A stretch of DNA of 63,175 nucleotides, the filler included, from Octopus bimaculoides (Eukaryota), in assembly GCF_001194135.2 (NCBI RefSeq). It is 6 parts of 5 records of this genome, joined end to end, with 100 filler letters (N's around TTAATTAATTAA, not from the genome) between each part and the next. Parts side by side here need not be neighbours in the genome. Positions count along the whole stretch, not along the records: positions 60,103 to 63,175 come from NC_069004.1; 5 more parts are not named here. The stretch is one strand, 5' to 3'. This document shows positions 62,976-63,175 of this stretch, in pieces (positions within the stretch are counted from its first letter, which is position 1; every line of letters starts with the position of its first letter). The position numbers and the translations under genes were made by a program. The notes under the pieces were generated by a model that had not been told where the DNA came from, ran no database searches, and saw only the letters and a program-made list of their open reading frames with translations.

Positions 62976-63175
62976 CAATTGGTAAGCTCACCTACGTACA
63001 TACTGATACATATCACATATTTCTATAAAATGAAACTTTGAGATTTTGAAAAAAATTGTGATGTGTGTTAATACGCATGTATGCGTGCCTTCCTTTTTTT
63101 TATTTAGATTAAATTCCGAGGTAATCGTAATCTACAGCTTCTGAAATGAATTTGTAGAAAATTTCAATAAAAAGT

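Larger units (their letters stand above)
1..63175. repeat. Pervasive simple and compound microsatellites: (TA)n, (TG)n, (GA)n, (TAGA)n, (TACA)n, (ATT)n, (GAT)n, (GTT)n, (ACT)n, (CTT)n
   Basis: Directly visible. Most N gaps begin or end in these tracts, and they generate the poly-Y/I/V/C/H/T ORFs. Confidence 0.98.

Noticed and set aside
1-63175. Most ORFs in the supplied track (poly-Y/I, C/V, H/T, L, S, X)
   Set aside because: They are translations of microsatellites or N runs, with no splice or homology support.

Overview
Eukaryotic, AT-rich DNA saturated with microsatellites and broken by many N gaps. The repeat families point to an octopus (coleoid cephalopod) draft assembly; this is inferred from recalled repeat content, not from a search. 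Five identical artificial 100-bp spacers (44 N + TTAATTAATTAA + 44 N) cut the window into six blocks whose adjacency is not guaranteed: 1-8698, 8799-23932, 24033-37740, 37841-43225, 43326-60002 and 60103-63175. The only confidently identified gene is NUP88, seen as three consecutive phase-compatible + strand exons (4055-4153, 6364-6448, 6696-6800) that the ORF track largely hides. Nearly all listed ORFs are microsatellite or N-gap artefacts. The rest of the window is several tRNA-headed SINE families, decayed LINEs (R4/Dong-like RLE and RT, CR1-like, RTE-like), a DD34D mariner interrupted by a fold-back DD41D element, a Tc1/mariner MITE, a hAT element with a tandemly amplified left end, and Penelope-like termini. 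The best second-look items are a minimal hammerhead-ribozyme motif (54338-54385, minus), a covarying 3' stem-loop shared by a SINE and a CR1-like LINE, an ETS-CRE/YY1/E-box promoter-like cluster (35881-35935), inverted SINEs bracketing a symmetric NUP88 exon, and a 72-nt near-perfect palindrome. I found no evidence for a new multi-gene system.
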